This document shows positions 37,984 through 48,147 of a stretch of DNA of 64,000 nucleotides, piece by piece. The notes below the pieces were generated by a model that had not been told where the DNA came from, made no database searches, and worked only from the letters and a program-made list of their open reading frames with translations. How positions within the stretch are numbered: the stretch's first letter is position 1; each line of letters begins with the position of its first letter. A program made the position numbers and the translations under genes. The stretch is from Longimicrobiales bacterium (GTDB lineage: Bacteria > Gemmatimonadota > Gemmatimonadetes > Longimicrobiales > Gaopeijiaceae), in assembly GCA_965204735.1 (NCBI GenBank), contig OZ242008.1, positions 1,952,001 to 2,016,000 of the forward strand. The letters run 5' to 3'.

Positions 37984-39597
37984 CTACCCTTTCGGCGGGA
38001 AGAGAACCACGCGGCCGTCCACCGCGGCGGGTCCGAGTTCGTTCAGCACGAGGGCGACGAACTCCGGGCCGTAGCGCATGACGTACTGGAGCGGCCCCAG
38101 GACCCTCTCTTGCGGCTTTCCGCCGGGCCAGAGGTTGCTTCGGGTCTTGGCGAGCTGGCGCCACTCGGTCTCGTTCTTGTGCTTCACGGCTCGGGCGATC
38201 TTCTTCTCCAGCGCCCCGAGAGCTCCGAAGCTCGCGTTGCGCGCGGCGGTCGCGGCGCCCTTCAGCGTCGGGTCCACCCGGACGGCGGCCGCCGCCAGCT
38301 CCTTCGCCGCCTCGTCCACGGCTCCGCGCCACTTTCTCATCGCCTTCCTCAACTCCCTCGGCGTTCCTTCCCTGGCCAAGCGCCCGAGCAGCCCGTCCAA
38401 GTCCCGCACGTCGTCCGCCTCCAAGTCGAACCTCTCCAGGATCTTCGCCACCTTGCGCTCCACGATCAGCAGCGAAGCCCTGGGCGCCACGACGGGCATC
38501 TCCAGGCCATGGCGCCGGAAGAGCCTCCGCAGCTGGCCGAAGTACGCCACCTCGCCGGGACCGCCGACGTAGGCCAAGGTGGGAAAGAGAGCGCTCTCGA
38601 CGACCGGACGCAGAAGCACGTTGGGCGACGCGGCGCACGGGTCGGCGGCGACCGCCTCCAGGACCCGCCGCAGGGAGAGCCGGCGACCAGAACGGCGCAG
38701 CCGATAGCCGTCGCCCGCCCGCTCGAGCCGGTCCCGCCCTTCTTCGCCGTGGAGAAAGAGGTTGGCCGCGCCCGGCATCAGAGGGACTTGCAGTTCGTAC
38801 CCGGCTTCGCGGAGCTGGGCGGCGGTCCGGGCAAGAGCGGCCTCGGAGGCGACCGGCTCCTCGGTCTCGGCTTCGAGGAGACGCCGCGAGGCCGCTTTGA
38901 CGTCGGGGTCCGCGGCGTCCACCACTCCGACCGGGGTCTTCGCCAGCAGATCGCTCATGAGGGCTGCGAAGGCGCTGGCCAGCGTGGCCTCGGGGCGCAG
39001 CGAGTCCCGGAGCAGAGCCACGTAGCGGCCGTGGAAGTCGTTGCGGGGAAAGAGTTCCGCCAAGGTGGTCGCGACTTCGGAGGCGGCGGGTCCCAGGGGC
39101 GTCTCGGCCAAGGCTCGCCGGGCCAGCCCCGGTTCGGGACCCAGATCGAGGCGGCGAAGCTCGTTGGCGCCGTCCAGCAGGCCCGCCTGGCTTGCTTCCT
39201 CCCAGTCGTGGTCGTCCGACGCCACCCAGAAGAGGGGCATGACGGGCTTGCTCAGGAGCTGTCCAAGGCTCTCCGCCAGGCGGACCGCGGAGAGGGCCTT
39301 GTAGAGCGTGTACAGAGGACCGCCGAAGAGGCCGGGCTGCTGCCCGGTCGTGACGAAGTAGCCCTCGCCGGCCGCCACTTCCTTCAGGAGCGCGGACGCC
39401 TCGGGGCCGACGGGGCGGATCATGGATGCCGCCGCGCGCGCCCTTCCCGGGTCCATCTGGTCGAGTTCCCGCGCCTTTCGCCGGTACGACTCCGCGCGGA
39501 ACGGCGAGCCGGCGTAGAACTCGGCCGCGGCTGGGACGCCTTCCAGGTAGTCTCGCACCAGCGCCGAGCCGCCGAAGGGTCTCCGCGCGATCCGCAT
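37984..39597 (-). CDS. bshC: Bacillithiol biosynthesis cysteine-adding enzyme BshC
   Basis: TTGQQPGLFGGPLYTLYK, FWVASDDHDWEE, SPNVLLRP, YVGGPGEVAY, PQER. Confidence 0.92.
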   Translation of the reverse strand: MRIARRPFGGSALVRDYLEGVPAAAEFYAGSPFRAESYRRKARELDQMDPGRARAAASMIRPVGPEASALLKEVAAGEGYFVTTGQQPGLFGGPLYTLYKALSAVRLAESLGQLLSKPVMPLFWVASDDHDWEEASQAGLLDGANELRRLDLGPEPGLARRALAETPLGPAASEVATTLAELFPRNDFHGRYVALLRDSLRPEATLASAFAALMSDLLAKTPVGVVDAADPDVKAASRRLLEAETEEPVASEAALARTAAQLREAGYELQVPLMPGAANLFLHGEEGRDRLERAGDGYRLRRSGRRLSLRRVLEAVAADPCAASPNVLLRPVVESALFPTLAYVGGPGEVAYFGQLRRLFRRHGLEMPVVAPRASLLIVERKVAKILERFDLEADDVRDLDGLLGRLAREGTPRELRKAMRKWRGAVDEAAKELAAAAVRVDPTLKGAATAARNASFGALGALEKKIARAVKHKNETEWRQLAKTRSNLWPGGKPQERVLGPLQYVMRYGPEFVALVLNELGPAAVDGRVVLFPPKG

Positions 39598-40331
39598 CAG
39601 ACGGCTTCGGCCAGGACGATGCAGCGGGCGGACGTCGATCCGAAGCGGGCGCCGTCGTAGCCGCCGAAGACGGATCGGGACGCCAAGCTCGCTTGGGCGA
39701 GCATCGAATCCAGCTCGCGAAGGCGGTACAGCCGCACCCGTTCGACGAACGAGCGTTCCGGAGCTCCGTCGCGGGCGGCAATTCGGATGTGCTTCTCCAC
39801 GACCCTGCCCCCTTCCACCAGCCGTCGCTCCTGCACGACGGCGGCGCCGGAGACGGTCCGCCGGTCCTCCATCTTCAAGTTCGCCACCACCTGGTCGGCG
39901 TTCATGAAGTCGAGGAAGAAGGCTCCGCCAGGGGAGAGGACGCGCCTGACTTCGCCGAGCACCCGGTGGTCGTCGGCCTCGTCGTCGAAGTAGCCGAACG
40001 TCGTGAAGTAGGAAGCGACCAGGTCGAAGGACTCCGGCCGAAAGGGCAGGCGCCGCATGTCGCCCCGGACCAGGGGAACGTCGGACGCGCTTCGCTTGGC
40101 GGCGCCCAGCATGAGGAACGAAAGGTCCATCCCGACCGGGGCCCACCCGATGCGCCGGAGCTGGGCCAGGTGGCGGCCGGCGCCGCACCCCAGGTCGAGC
40201 ACCCGGGCGCCTCTGCCCCACCCCGTCGCCTTTTGCAGGAGTCGAACGGCGCGGCCCGCCTCGACCCCGTCCCGGTGGGGATAGAGCGCCAAGTAGTCCT
40301 CGCCGAACCAATCCTGGAACCAGGGCTTCAC
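39597..40331 (-). CDS. Class I SAM-dependent methyltransferase
   Basis: VLDLGCGAGRH, GDMR, FTTFGYF; TGATG overlap with bshC. Confidence 0.88.
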   Translation of the reverse strand: MKPWFQDWFGEDYLALYPHRDGVEAGRAVRLLQKATGWGRGARVLDLGCGAGRHLAQLRRIGWAPVGMDLSFLMLGAAKRSASDVPLVRGDMRRLPFRPESFDLVASYFTTFGYFDDEADDHRVLGEVRRVLSPGGAFFLDFMNADQVVANLKMEDRRTVSGAAVVQERRLVEGGRVVEKHIRIAARDGAPERSFVERVRLYRLRELDSMLAQASLASRSVFGGYDGARFGSTSARCIVLAEAV

Positions 40332-40354
40332 GGCCGCGTCTCCCCGTGTTCGCG

Positions 40355-40819
40355 TCAAATCGGCCCCTTGTGGTACGGCTCGTTGCGGAGGATCGTTCCG
40401 GCGCGGTAGAGCTGCTCGGCCAGCACCAGCCGGGCAAGGTCGTGAGGCAGGGTCAGAGAGGAAAGGGAGAGTCGCCGGCAACACGCATCGCGCAAGCTCG
40501 GCTCGATGCCGAAGGCGCCGCCGACAAGGAAGTGGACGCCGGGCGCGGCCCCTGTCGCGAGGCGCTCCAGCCAGCGCGCCAGCTCCCGCGACGACCAGCG
40601 GTCGCCCTCCCGGGTCAGCGCCACGCGAGAGAACCCGTCGCGCAGCCTCTTCCGCACGGCCTCCGCCTCTCGGCGCAGCGCGGCTCGCGGGTTCGTCCCC
40701 CGGGCGGCGGGCGCCTCGGCCGCTTCGAGCCGCCAGTAGCGGGCGGCGCGTCGCTCGTACTCCCTGATCGCCGGCGCCAGCGGTCCCGGACGGCCGACGG
40801 CGACTACGGAGACCCGCAC
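40355..40819 (-). CDS. rlmH: 23S rRNA pseudouridine-1915 N3-methyltransferase RlmH
   Basis: FLVGGAFG, LSLSSLTLPH, EQLYRA…PYHK. Confidence 0.92.
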   Translation of the reverse strand: MRVSVVAVGRPGPLAPAIREYERRAARYWRLEAAEAPAARGTNPRAALRREAEAVRKRLRDGFSRVALTREGDRWSSRELARWLERLATGAAPGVHFLVGGAFGIEPSLRDACCRRLSLSSLTLPHDLARLVLAEQLYRAGTILRNEPYHKGPI

Positions 40820-41859
40820 CGGCGCTGCGCCGCGTCCGCCAAGGCGCTGCTCAAGGCGTCGGGAGGCTCGCCGACGACCCGGAAGCCCACCGCCACGCAG
40901 TGGGGCGCGAGTTCCGGGAAGGCGGAGAGCTTGACCGCGTCCTTCTCGGTGCAGACCACGGTCCTGCCGGCCCGGCGGGCCAGCAGCGCGTCCACGTCCC
41001 GGCGCGAGTAGGGGTGGTGGTCGGCAAAGGGCGCCGCCTCCACGCGGGCCGACGGCAGCAGACCCCGCAGACCCTTCTGGAAGTCGCGCGGCCGCGCAAT
41101 GGCGGAAACGGCCAGCACGTCGCCCGGCGGAGGGGTTGTCGGCGCACCGTCCAGATCGGTCCACTCCCCCATCTCCATCTCCGCTTGCAGGACGGGCGTT
41201 CGCGGCGTCGCGCGGGCCACCGCGGCCCGCCACGCGTCCGACGTCTTCCGAGAGGCGCTGCGCCGGGTCACCAGAACGTGAGTGGCTCGCTTGGCCGCCG
41301 ACAACGGCTCCCTGTACGGCCCCCGAGGGAGAAGGCGAACCCGGAGCGGATCTTCGGCCGCCACGAGAAGGATGTCCAGGTCCCGGTGGACGCTCCGGTG
41401 CTGAAAGCCGTCGTCCAGCAGGACCAGCTCCCATCCGCGCTCCCACGCGCGGCGCACGCCCTGCGCCCGGGAAGGGCCCGAAAAGACCGCGTCTCCTCCG
41501 AACCACCGCCGATGCATGGCGGCTTCGTCGCCGCCGTAGCCTCGGCACACCACCGCCGCGCGAGCGCCCGTGCCGGCGAACCATTGGCGCAGCCAGCGAA
41601 CCACTGGCGACTTCCCCGTCCCGCCCGCCACCAAGTTGCCCACGGAGACGACCGGGACCGGCGCGGGGGCCGGTCGCGCCCGGTCGTGCCACGCGTTGCG
41701 GGCCGCCGCCGCCAGCCGAAAGCCCGCTTCGAAGGGCGCGAGCGAGGCGAGAAAGGCCGCCCGGCCCGCCCCGAGCCCCTCGTCCGCCCACAGCTCCTGC
41801 ACCGCCCAGCGAATCCGTCCTCGGGCCCCGCCCCGGACGCCGGCTCCTTCGGCGCTCAT
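40804..41859 (-). CDS. lpxK: Tetraacyldisaccharide 4'-kinase
   Basis: SVGNLVAGGTGKSP, LDDGFQH, LLPRGPYRE, FADHH, TEKDAVK. Confidence 0.92.
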   Translation of the reverse strand: MSAEGAGVRGGARGRIRWAVQELWADEGLGAGRAAFLASLAPFEAGFRLAAAARNAWHDRARPAPAPVPVVSVGNLVAGGTGKSPVVRWLRQWFAGTGARAAVVCRGYGGDEAAMHRRWFGGDAVFSGPSRAQGVRRAWERGWELVLLDDGFQHRSVHRDLDILLVAAEDPLRVRLLPRGPYREPLSAAKRATHVLVTRRSASRKTSDAWRAAVARATPRTPVLQAEMEMGEWTDLDGAPTTPPPGDVLAVSAIARPRDFQKGLRGLLPSARVEAAPFADHHPYSRRDVDALLARRAGRTVVCTEKDAVKLSAFPELAPHCVAVGFRVVGEPPDALSSALADAAQRRCGSP

Positions 41860-43037
41860 CGTCGCTCTGCCAGAATGTCCTCCGCCAAGTCGACGACCCT
41901 CCTCGCCGCCCCGGGCGTCCCCAGAGCGTGGCGCACGGACGCCAGGCCGTCCAGCGTCGTCCGGCGCCGCGGGTGGAGCTCGTCGAGGAGCGGCTCCAGC
42001 GCCCCGGCCATGGCGGAAGGGGTCGCGGCGCGCTGAAGGAACTCGGGAACCACCCGCCGTCCCGCCACCAAGTTCGCCAAGGCCACGTGCGGCACCCTGA
42101 CCAGCCGGCGGGCGAGGACCCACGTCAAGGGATGGGCGACGTAGGCGACGACGAAGGGCATCCCCGCCAAGGCCGCCTCCAGCGTCCCCGTGCCGGACTT
42201 GACCAGGCCGGCCGTGGCCAGTGCCCGCAAGGAGGCGCCGTCCTCGGTGAGCGGAAAAGGAAGCCCGCGGTACGCCGCGGCAGGAAGCGAAGGCGTCTTG
42301 CCCACCACGACGCGCAAGCCGGGCACGCGCTTCGTCAGCTCGGCGGCCGTCTCGACGAAGGGGGTCCGGTGACGCTCCAGCTCCTGGCGGCGAGAGCCGG
42401 GAAAGAGGGCCAGGACGCGCTCGCCGCGTTCGATTCCCAGCTCCCGCGCCAAGCCGTCCGGGTCCCTGGGCGCCGGGTCGTCCAGCAGCGGGTGACCCAC
42501 GAAGACGGCCCGTCCTCCGTGAGGCCCGTACAGCGCGGGCTCGAAGGGGAGCGCCAGGGCGATCCGGTCCGCGATCTGGGAGAGCCGCTTGGCTCGCCCC
42601 GCCTTCCAGGCCCAGACCTGGGGCCCGACGTAGTAGAGGACCGGCACGCCCTCTTCGGCCGCCCGTTCCGCGATCCGCATGTTCAGCCCCGGGTAGTCGA
42701 CGGGAACGACCAAGTCGAAGCCGCCTTCCGCCAAGAGCGCGTTCAGGCGACGCTCCAGCTCGCGGAAGAACCGCAGCCTCCTAGCGACTTCCGCAAAGCC
42801 CATCACCGCCAGGGCGTCCAGCCCCTCCACCAGCTGGACCCCGGCCGCGGCCATGCGGGGACCGCCCGTGCCCGCGAGCGCAACGTCGGGCCACCTGCGC
42901 CTGATCTCCAGGGCCACCCCGGCGCCGTGGGCGTCCCCCGACGGCTCCCCGGCCAAGATCATGACCTTGCTCAGCCGCGGGCGGCGGGCCGGGCGGGTCG
43001 CGGCGGTCTCCCCGCCCCGGAGAGCGTGGCGCGGCAA
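41856..43037 (-). CDS. lpxB: Lipid-A-disaccharide synthase
   Basis: AGEPSGD, DYPGLN, PQVWAW, PGSR, SGTGTLE, LAN…VVPEFLQ; the true start may lie up to about 75 nt downstream. Confidence 0.93.
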   Translation of the reverse strand: MPRHALRGGETAATRPARRPRLSKVMILAGEPSGDAHGAGVALEIRRRWPDVALAGTGGPRMAAAGVQLVEGLDALAVMGFAEVARRLRFFRELERRLNALLAEGGFDLVVPVDYPGLNMRIAERAAEEGVPVLYYVGPQVWAWKAGRAKRLSQIADRIALALPFEPALYGPHGGRAVFVGHPLLDDPAPRDPDGLARELGIERGERVLALFPGSRRQELERHRTPFVETAAELTKRVPGLRVVVGKTPSLPAAAYRGLPFPLTEDGASLRALATAGLVKSGTGTLEAALAGMPFVVAYVAHPLTWVLARRLVRVPHVALANLVAGRRVVPEFLQRAATPSAMAGALEPLLDELHPRRRTTLDGLASVRHALGTPGAARRVVDLAEDILAERR

Positions 43038-43072
43038 CGGGGCTCTGCGGGGGCTCCGGGCCTCGGGTGGGA

Positions 43073-43207
43073 TCAGAACGCCCGCCCCAGGTACCAGAGA
43101 GCCGCCAGGACCACGAGCAGAAGCACCACCTGGGTGCTAGGGGCCATTCCCTTCTTGGCGTCGATCCACTCTCGCTTGCGACGACGCCGAACGCGTATGA
43201 GCGACAT
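43073..43207 (-). CDS. Possible 44-aa single-pass membrane microprotein
   Basis: MSLIRVRRRRKREWIDAKKGMAPSTQVVLLLVVLAALWYLGRAF; GAGGA RBS; overlaps the end of the upstream ORF. Confidence 0.5.
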   Translation of the reverse strand: MSLIRVRRRRKREWIDAKKGMAPSTQVVLLLVVLAALWYLGRAF

Positions 43208-44246
43208 GTTCCTCGATCCGTTGTTCGATGGCCAGCGCCAGGCGAAGGGCTCGCCGTCCATCCTCGCCCGTCACGGGCGGCGGCGCCAGTCCCGCCGCGG
43301 CGTCCCGGAACGAGCTCAGCTCCGCGGCCAGGGGCTCGGCGCCCCCGTGCTGGAGGGGAATGCGCTCCACGACGGAAGATATCCCGGCCAGCGATTCGGC
43401 CCCCTCCGGGAGCCGGGGTCCTTCCAGGGCCGAGGTTCCGTCCTTCAGCCGGAAGAACTCGCCGCGCCCGGCAGCCAAGTCCAGGGAGATGTACCCGGAG
43501 CGTTGCCAGAGCCGGAGCTTGCGCATCCTGCCGGCCGAGATCCGGCTGGCCGTGAGGTTGGCCACGGCGCCTCCCCTGAACTCCACGCGGGCGTTGGCGA
43601 TGTCCGGATAGCGGGAGAGGACGGCGACTCCCGCCGCCTTCACTCCGGTCGCGGGCTGGTCCACCAAGCCGCAGACCAAGTCCACGTCGTGGATCATCAA
43701 GTCCAGCACCACGGCCACGTCCAACGAGCGCGGGGTGAAGGGCGCCAGCCGATGGGACTCGACGAAGAGAGGTTGGTCCAGGTACGGCGCCGCCGCCAAG
43801 ACCGCCGGGTTGAAGCGTTCCACGTGGCCAACCTGCAGCACTACTCCGTGCTCTCGCGCCGCTGCGACGATCCGGTCCGCGGCATCCAGGTCCGGGGCCA
43901 GCGGCTTCTCGACGAAGACGTGCACGCCGGCCCGCGCCGATGCCGTGGCCACGGCCTCGTGAGCATGGGTCGGCACGGCCACCACCACGGCGTCGCTGGC
44001 TTCGAGGAGGGCCTCCAGCGACGGTCTCGCCGCGACGCCCAGAGTCTTGGCGACGGCCCCCGCGCGCTCCGCGTCGACGTCGAACACTCCGGCCGCCGCC
44101 ACGCCGTCCAGCTCCCGCACCACACGAGCGTGGTGGCGGCCCAGCTTCCCGACGCCCACCACCCCCACCCTGGGCGTCGGGCCACGCGCGCGCGTCCTTC
44201 CGAGCGCGGCTCCGGCGCCGTCGACGACGACTCGGCTCCCCGTCAG
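43137..44246 (-). CDS. Gfo/Idh/MocA oxidoreductase, GnnA-like (UDP-GlcNAc 3-dehydrogenase)
   Basis: GVGKLG, VEKP, VGHVERFNPA, VVLDLMIHD, NLTASR; lies between lpxA and lpxB; start uncertain (CTG 44246 or GTG 44168). Confidence 0.8.
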   Translation of the reverse strand: MTGSRVVVDGAGAALGRTRARGPTPRVGVVGVGKLGRHHARVVRELDGVAAAGVFDVDAERAGAVAKTLGVAARPSLEALLEASDAVVVAVPTHAHEAVATASARAGVHVFVEKPLAPDLDAADRIVAAAREHGVVLQVGHVERFNPAVLAAAPYLDQPLFVESHRLAPFTPRSLDVAVVLDLMIHDVDLVCGLVDQPATGVKAAGVAVLSRYPDIANARVEFRGGAVANLTASRISAGRMRKLRLWQRSGYISLDLAAGRGEFFRLKDGTSALEGPRLPEGAESLAGISSVVERIPLQHGGAEPLAAELSSFRDAAAGLAPPPVTGEDGRRALRLALAIEQRIEEHVAHTRSASSQARVDRRQEGNGP

Positions 44247-45049
44247 GAAACGACGCCGCGCTCGCTGCGCCGCACGAACTCCAGCAAGTATCCCACTTCC
44301 GGGCAAGCCAGCTCCTCGTCGGCCGCCGCCGCCCGAACCGCTTGGCCCAGGTTCATGCCCGAGTGAAAGAGCAGCCGGTACGTCTTCTTGAGTCGGCGTC
44401 GCACTCCTGGCGAGACGCCCCTGCGCTCCATCCCGACCGTGTTGAGCCCGCACAGCTTCGGCGACGGGTTCCCTACGGCGCGGCAGTACGGAGGCACGTC
44501 CTGCGGCACCCGAGAGCCGCCGCCCACAAAGGCGTGCGCGCCGATCCGCACGAACTGGTGCACCGCCACCAGTCCGCTCACGATCGCCCAGTCGCCGATC
44601 GCCACGTGCCCGGCCATGTTGGTCGCGTTGGAGATCACCACGTGGTTGCCCAGCTCGCAGTCGTGGGCCACGTGGCTGTACGCCATCAGCAGGCAGTCCG
44701 AGCCCACCACCGTCCGGCCCGAGGCCGCCGTCCCCCGGTTCAGCGTCGCGAACTCGCGCACCATCGTGCGGTCGCCGATCTCCAGGAAGGTCTGCTCGCC
44801 CTCGTACTTCATGTCCTGGGGGTCCGTCCCCAGCGCCGCGCCGTTGGCGATCCGGCAGTCGGTCCCGACGACCGTGTCCCGCTCGATCAGCACCCGGGGG
44901 CCTACCCTGCTGTTGGCGCCCAGCCGGACTCCAGGCCCAACAACGGCGAAGGGCCCGATCTCCACGCCGGGACCGAGTTCCGCGGTCGAGTCGACAATGG
45001 CGGTCTTGTGAACCTTGAACGCGGCGTCCTGCTTCGTCGCCGTGCTCAC
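44243..45049 (-). CDS. lpxA: UDP-N-acetylglucosamine acyltransferase
   Basis: Hexapeptide repeats, PQDMKY, HVAHDC, LVAVHQF, GLNTVG. Confidence 0.95.
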   Translation of the reverse strand: MSTATKQDAAFKVHKTAIVDSTAELGPGVEIGPFAVVGPGVRLGANSRVGPRVLIERDTVVGTDCRIANGAALGTDPQDMKYEGEQTFLEIGDRTMVREFATLNRGTAASGRTVVGSDCLLMAYSHVAHDCELGNHVVISNATNMAGHVAIGDWAIVSGLVAVHQFVRIGAHAFVGGGSRVPQDVPPYCRAVGNPSPKLCGLNTVGMERRGVSPGVRRRLKKTYRLLFHSGMNLGQAVRAAAADEELACPEVGYLLEFVRRSERGVVS

Positions 45050-46332
45050 TTGTCCACGACTCTGGCAGTCATTTCGGCCTGGGCCACGAGCTGTCCGTCC
45101 ACGGTTCCCGTTCCTTTCATCTTGCACGTCTGACGACGCAGGTTGAGCATCTCCAGCTCGAAGACCACCTGGTCCCCCGGCGTGATCGGCCGGCGCCACT
45201 TCACGTTGTCCAGCGACATGAAGTACACCACTTTGTCTTGAGGGTCCTCGACCGAGTCCATCAGCAGCAAGCCGCCGACCTGGGCCATCGCCTCCACGAC
45301 CAGCACCCCCGGCATGACCGGGTGCTCGGGGAAGTGTCCGCCGAAGAACGGCTCGTTGATCGTCACGTTCTTGAGCCCCACGATGCGCCTGCGCGGCTCG
45401 AGCTCGAGGATACGGTCCACCAGGAGCATGGGGTAGCGGTGCGGCAGGTACTCCATGATGCGACGGATGCCGATCGGGTTCGCTCGACCGGCCCGGTCGT
45501 GTTGCCGACGAATCGCCCGGGCGAGTTCCACGTTGCCGCCGTGGCTGGGCCGCTCTGCGACGACGTGGCCTCGGAACCGGCCGCCCATCAGGGCCAAGTC
45601 GCCCACCAAGTCCCCGACCTTGTGGCGAAGGAACTCGTCGGGGAAGCGGAGCTCGGAGTTGAGCACGCCCTCTTCGTCGAGGACCACGGTGTTGTCCAGG
45701 GAAGCTCCGAGGGCCAGTCCGCGTGCGTGCAGGGCGTCCGCGTCGGCCGCAAAGCCGAACGTTCTCGCCTGGGCCAACCCCGCCTGGAATCCGCCGGCGT
45801 CCACGGCAAAGGCGCCGTACTGGCGGCCCACTGCCTCGTGGGCGAAGTCGATCGTCGCGGAGATGCGGTAGCCGTCGTCGGGCACCGCCACGTAGGAACC
45901 ATGCTCTCCCGGGGCCACGGCCACCGGCGAAGAGATCTCGATCACCGTCGCCTCCGCTTCCTGCATCCTTCGACCCGCCGTCCGCACCGCCTCCACGTAG
46001 GGCGCGAAGCTCCCGTCCGCAATCGGGGGCTCCAGACCCTCCAGGTCGAGCGCCGCGTTGTCCACTTCGAGCGCGGCCAGGGCCGCGAGGACGTGCTCCA
46101 CGGTCAGGACCTCCGCTCGGCCGGCGCCCAGGTGCGTTCCCAGGTGGGTCCTCGTCACGTTGTCGAGGACGGCGGGGATCTCCGGCCGCCCCGGCAAGTC
46201 GGTTCGCCGGAATACGATCCCCGAGTTCGCCGGAGCCGGCTTGATCTCGATTCGGCTGGGCAGGCCCGAGTGGACGCCGATCCCTTCCAGCGCAACGGCC
46301 TTCGCGACGGTGTGCTGCTTCTCCCGGGCCAT
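45046..46332 (-). CDS. lpxC: Bifunctional LpxC/FabZ
   Basis: GIGVHSG, TVEHVL, ARTFGF, RHKVGD (LpxC), then [16 protein letters not shown]…MPGVL.EAMAQ (FabZ). Confidence 0.95.
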   Translation of the reverse strand: MAREKQHTVAKAVALEGIGVHSGLPSRIEIKPAPANSGIVFRRTDLPGRPEIPAVLDNVTRTHLGTHLGAGRAEVLTVEHVLAALAALEVDNAALDLEGLEPPIADGSFAPYVEAVRTAGRRMQEAEATVIEISSPVAVAPGEHGSYVAVPDDGYRISATIDFAHEAVGRQYGAFAVDAGGFQAGLAQARTFGFAADADALHARGLALGASLDNTVVLDEEGVLNSELRFPDEFLRHKVGDLVGDLALMGGRFRGHVVAERPSHGGNVELARAIRRQHDRAGRANPIGIRRIMEYLPHRYPMLLVDRILELEPRRRIVGLKNVTINEPFFGGHFPEHPVMPGVLVVEAMAQVGGLLLMDSVEDPQDKVVYFMSLDNVKWRRPITPGDQVVFELEMLNLRRQTCKMKGTGTVDGQLVAQAEMTARVVDK

Positions 46333-47396
46333 CAGGCGACCACGTCCCGAAGGCCTTCGCGGCGAGCCGCTGCGTCCTCGTCGCCGGCCAGGCGACGCTC
46401 CATCCACCCGATCCGCTTCGCGAGCTCCGGCAACCGCATCACCACGGCCATCGCCCGCAGGTAGCGCTTGTGGTCCCTGGCCGGATACCCGGAGACCGTA
46501 TCGCCGGGCGCCACGTCGCCGATCACGCCCGCCTGGGCAGCAATGCGCGCTCCCGCTCCGATCTTCAGGTGGCCGATCACTCCGGCCTGTCCCCCCATCG
46601 ACACGCCGGCCCCGACGCAAGTGGACCCCGCGATGCCGACCTGGGCCGCCAAGATCGACCGGGGGCCGATCGTCACGTTGTGCGCGACGTGGACCAAGTT
46701 GTCCAGCTTGGACCCGGCGCCGATCACCGTCCGCCCGATCGAGCCCCGGTCGATGGTGCAGTTGGCGCCGATCTCCACGTCGTCCTCGACGACGCAGCCG
46801 CCGGCCTGGGGCACCTTCACGTGGGCGCCGTCCGACTGGACGTAGCCGAAGCCGTCCACGCCGATCCGGGCGCCCGAGTGGACGATCACCCGGTCCCCCA
46901 GCGTCGCGCCCGCACAGATCGTCGCGCTCGGGTGCAGCAGCGCGCCGGCGCCGATCCGGGCGCCCGCCCCTACGACGCAGTTGGCGCCGATGCGGCTCCC
47001 CTCTCCGATCCTGGCCGCCGCCTCTACCACGGCGCCCGCCCCTATGGAGACGCCATCGGCCAGCCTCGCCGACGGATCCACCACTGCCGACGGGTGCACG
47101 CCCGCCTCCGTCTTCGGCTCGGGGTGCAGCAGCGGCAGCAGCGCCACCAGCGCGGCGTGGGGGTCGTGGACGGCGAGCCGATCGAAGGGGCCGCCCTTCA
47201 CCGAGCTCAGCCCTTCGGCGACGAGGAGGGTGCGGCCCCGGCACGACCGCAGCTCCCCGGCGTAACGTCGGTCGGCCAGGAACGCCATGTCGTCGGGCTC
47301 CGCGTCGCGCAGCGGAGCGATGCGCATGAAGGCGGCGCCGGGGTCGCCCATCACTCGACCTCCCGTGACTTCCGCCGCCTCCGCCAGGGTCAGCAT
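46332..47396 (-). CDS. lpxD: UDP-3-O-acylglucosamine N-acyltransferase
   Basis: Hexapeptide repeats, DGFGY, IDRG, KLDNLVHVAHN. Confidence 0.95.
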   Translation of the reverse strand: MLTLAEAAEVTGGRVMGDPGAAFMRIAPLRDAEPDDMAFLADRRYAGELRSCRGRTLLVAEGLSSVKGGPFDRLAVHDPHAALVALLPLLHPEPKTEAGVHPSAVVDPSARLADGVSIGAGAVVEAAARIGEGSRIGANCVVGAGARIGAGALLHPSATICAGATLGDRVIVHSGARIGVDGFGYVQSDGAHVKVPQAGGCVVEDDVEIGANCTIDRGSIGRTVIGAGSKLDNLVHVAHNVTIGPRSILAAQVGIAGSTCVGAGVSMGGQAGVIGHLKIGAGARIAAQAGVIGDVAPGDTVSGYPARDHKRYLRAMAVVMRLPELAKRIGWMERRLAGDEDAAARREGLRDVVA

Positions 47397-47475
47397 CGGG
47401 TCGGCCGAGGGCCAGTCGCCGGGTCTTCTCGCGGCCGCAAGCTTCGGCGCCGGCCTCCGCCCCGGAACAGGCCGG

Positions 47476-48042
47476 TCATCGCCCTCCTGCGTTTCCGGGC
47501 TGTTCGCCGGCCCCGGAGGCGCCGGTCCCCGTCGGCTCCTGAAGACGGGTGAGCACCTCCTGGGTCAGGTCCAAGGACGGATCGGCCGACAAGATCGCCT
47601 GCGACGCCACGTCCAGGATCATGGCGTAGGCGCCCTCGACCCGGATCTCCTCGATCGCGTCGGTGATCGCCTCCATGACGGGCTGGAAGACCTCGGCTCG
47701 GCGCTGCTGAGCCTGGTTGTCCAACTCCTGGTTGCGTTGCTGGATGGAGTTTCGCCGCGTCAGGATCTCCTCTTCCTTCGCCTGCCGGCTCTCCGGAGTC
47801 ATGGTCATCTGCTGCTGCCTGTACTCCTGCTCCAGGGTCTGCAGGTCGGAGATGAGCTGCTGCATCTCCGCGGTGTAGCCCTGAAGCGACGCCTCCAGCG
47901 TCTTCTGGGCGTCCTGGGCCATGGGCAGCTCCCGCAGGATGACGTTGGTGTCGACCCAGCCCATCTTCGCCGACTGCGCCGCGACGGGGGCGGCTGCCGC
48001 CGTCGACAACAAAGCGAGGACGCACGAACGCAAAAGGCGCAT
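47476..48042 (-). CDS. skp: Periplasmic chaperone Skp/OmpH
   Basis: Signal peptide, KMGWVD, coiled coil, DLTQEV; lies between bamA and lpxD. Confidence 0.88.
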   Translation of the reverse strand: MRLLRSCVLALLSTAAAAPVAAQSAKMGWVDTNVILRELPMAQDAQKTLEASLQGYTAEMQQLISDLQTLEQEYRQQQMTMTPESRQAKEEEILTRRNSIQQRNQELDNQAQQRRAEVFQPVMEAITDAIEEIRVEGAYAMILDVASQAILSADPSLDLTQEVLTRLQEPTGTGASGAGEQPGNAGGR

Positions 48043-48147
48043 GAATGCCGATCTCCGAATTGAAGTCCTTGGAAGGCCGCGCGGCGAAGACGCCGAACGG
48101 CAAGAAGACATCTTCGCCCCTGGACGGGGCTTCTGGCAACCGCTCAT

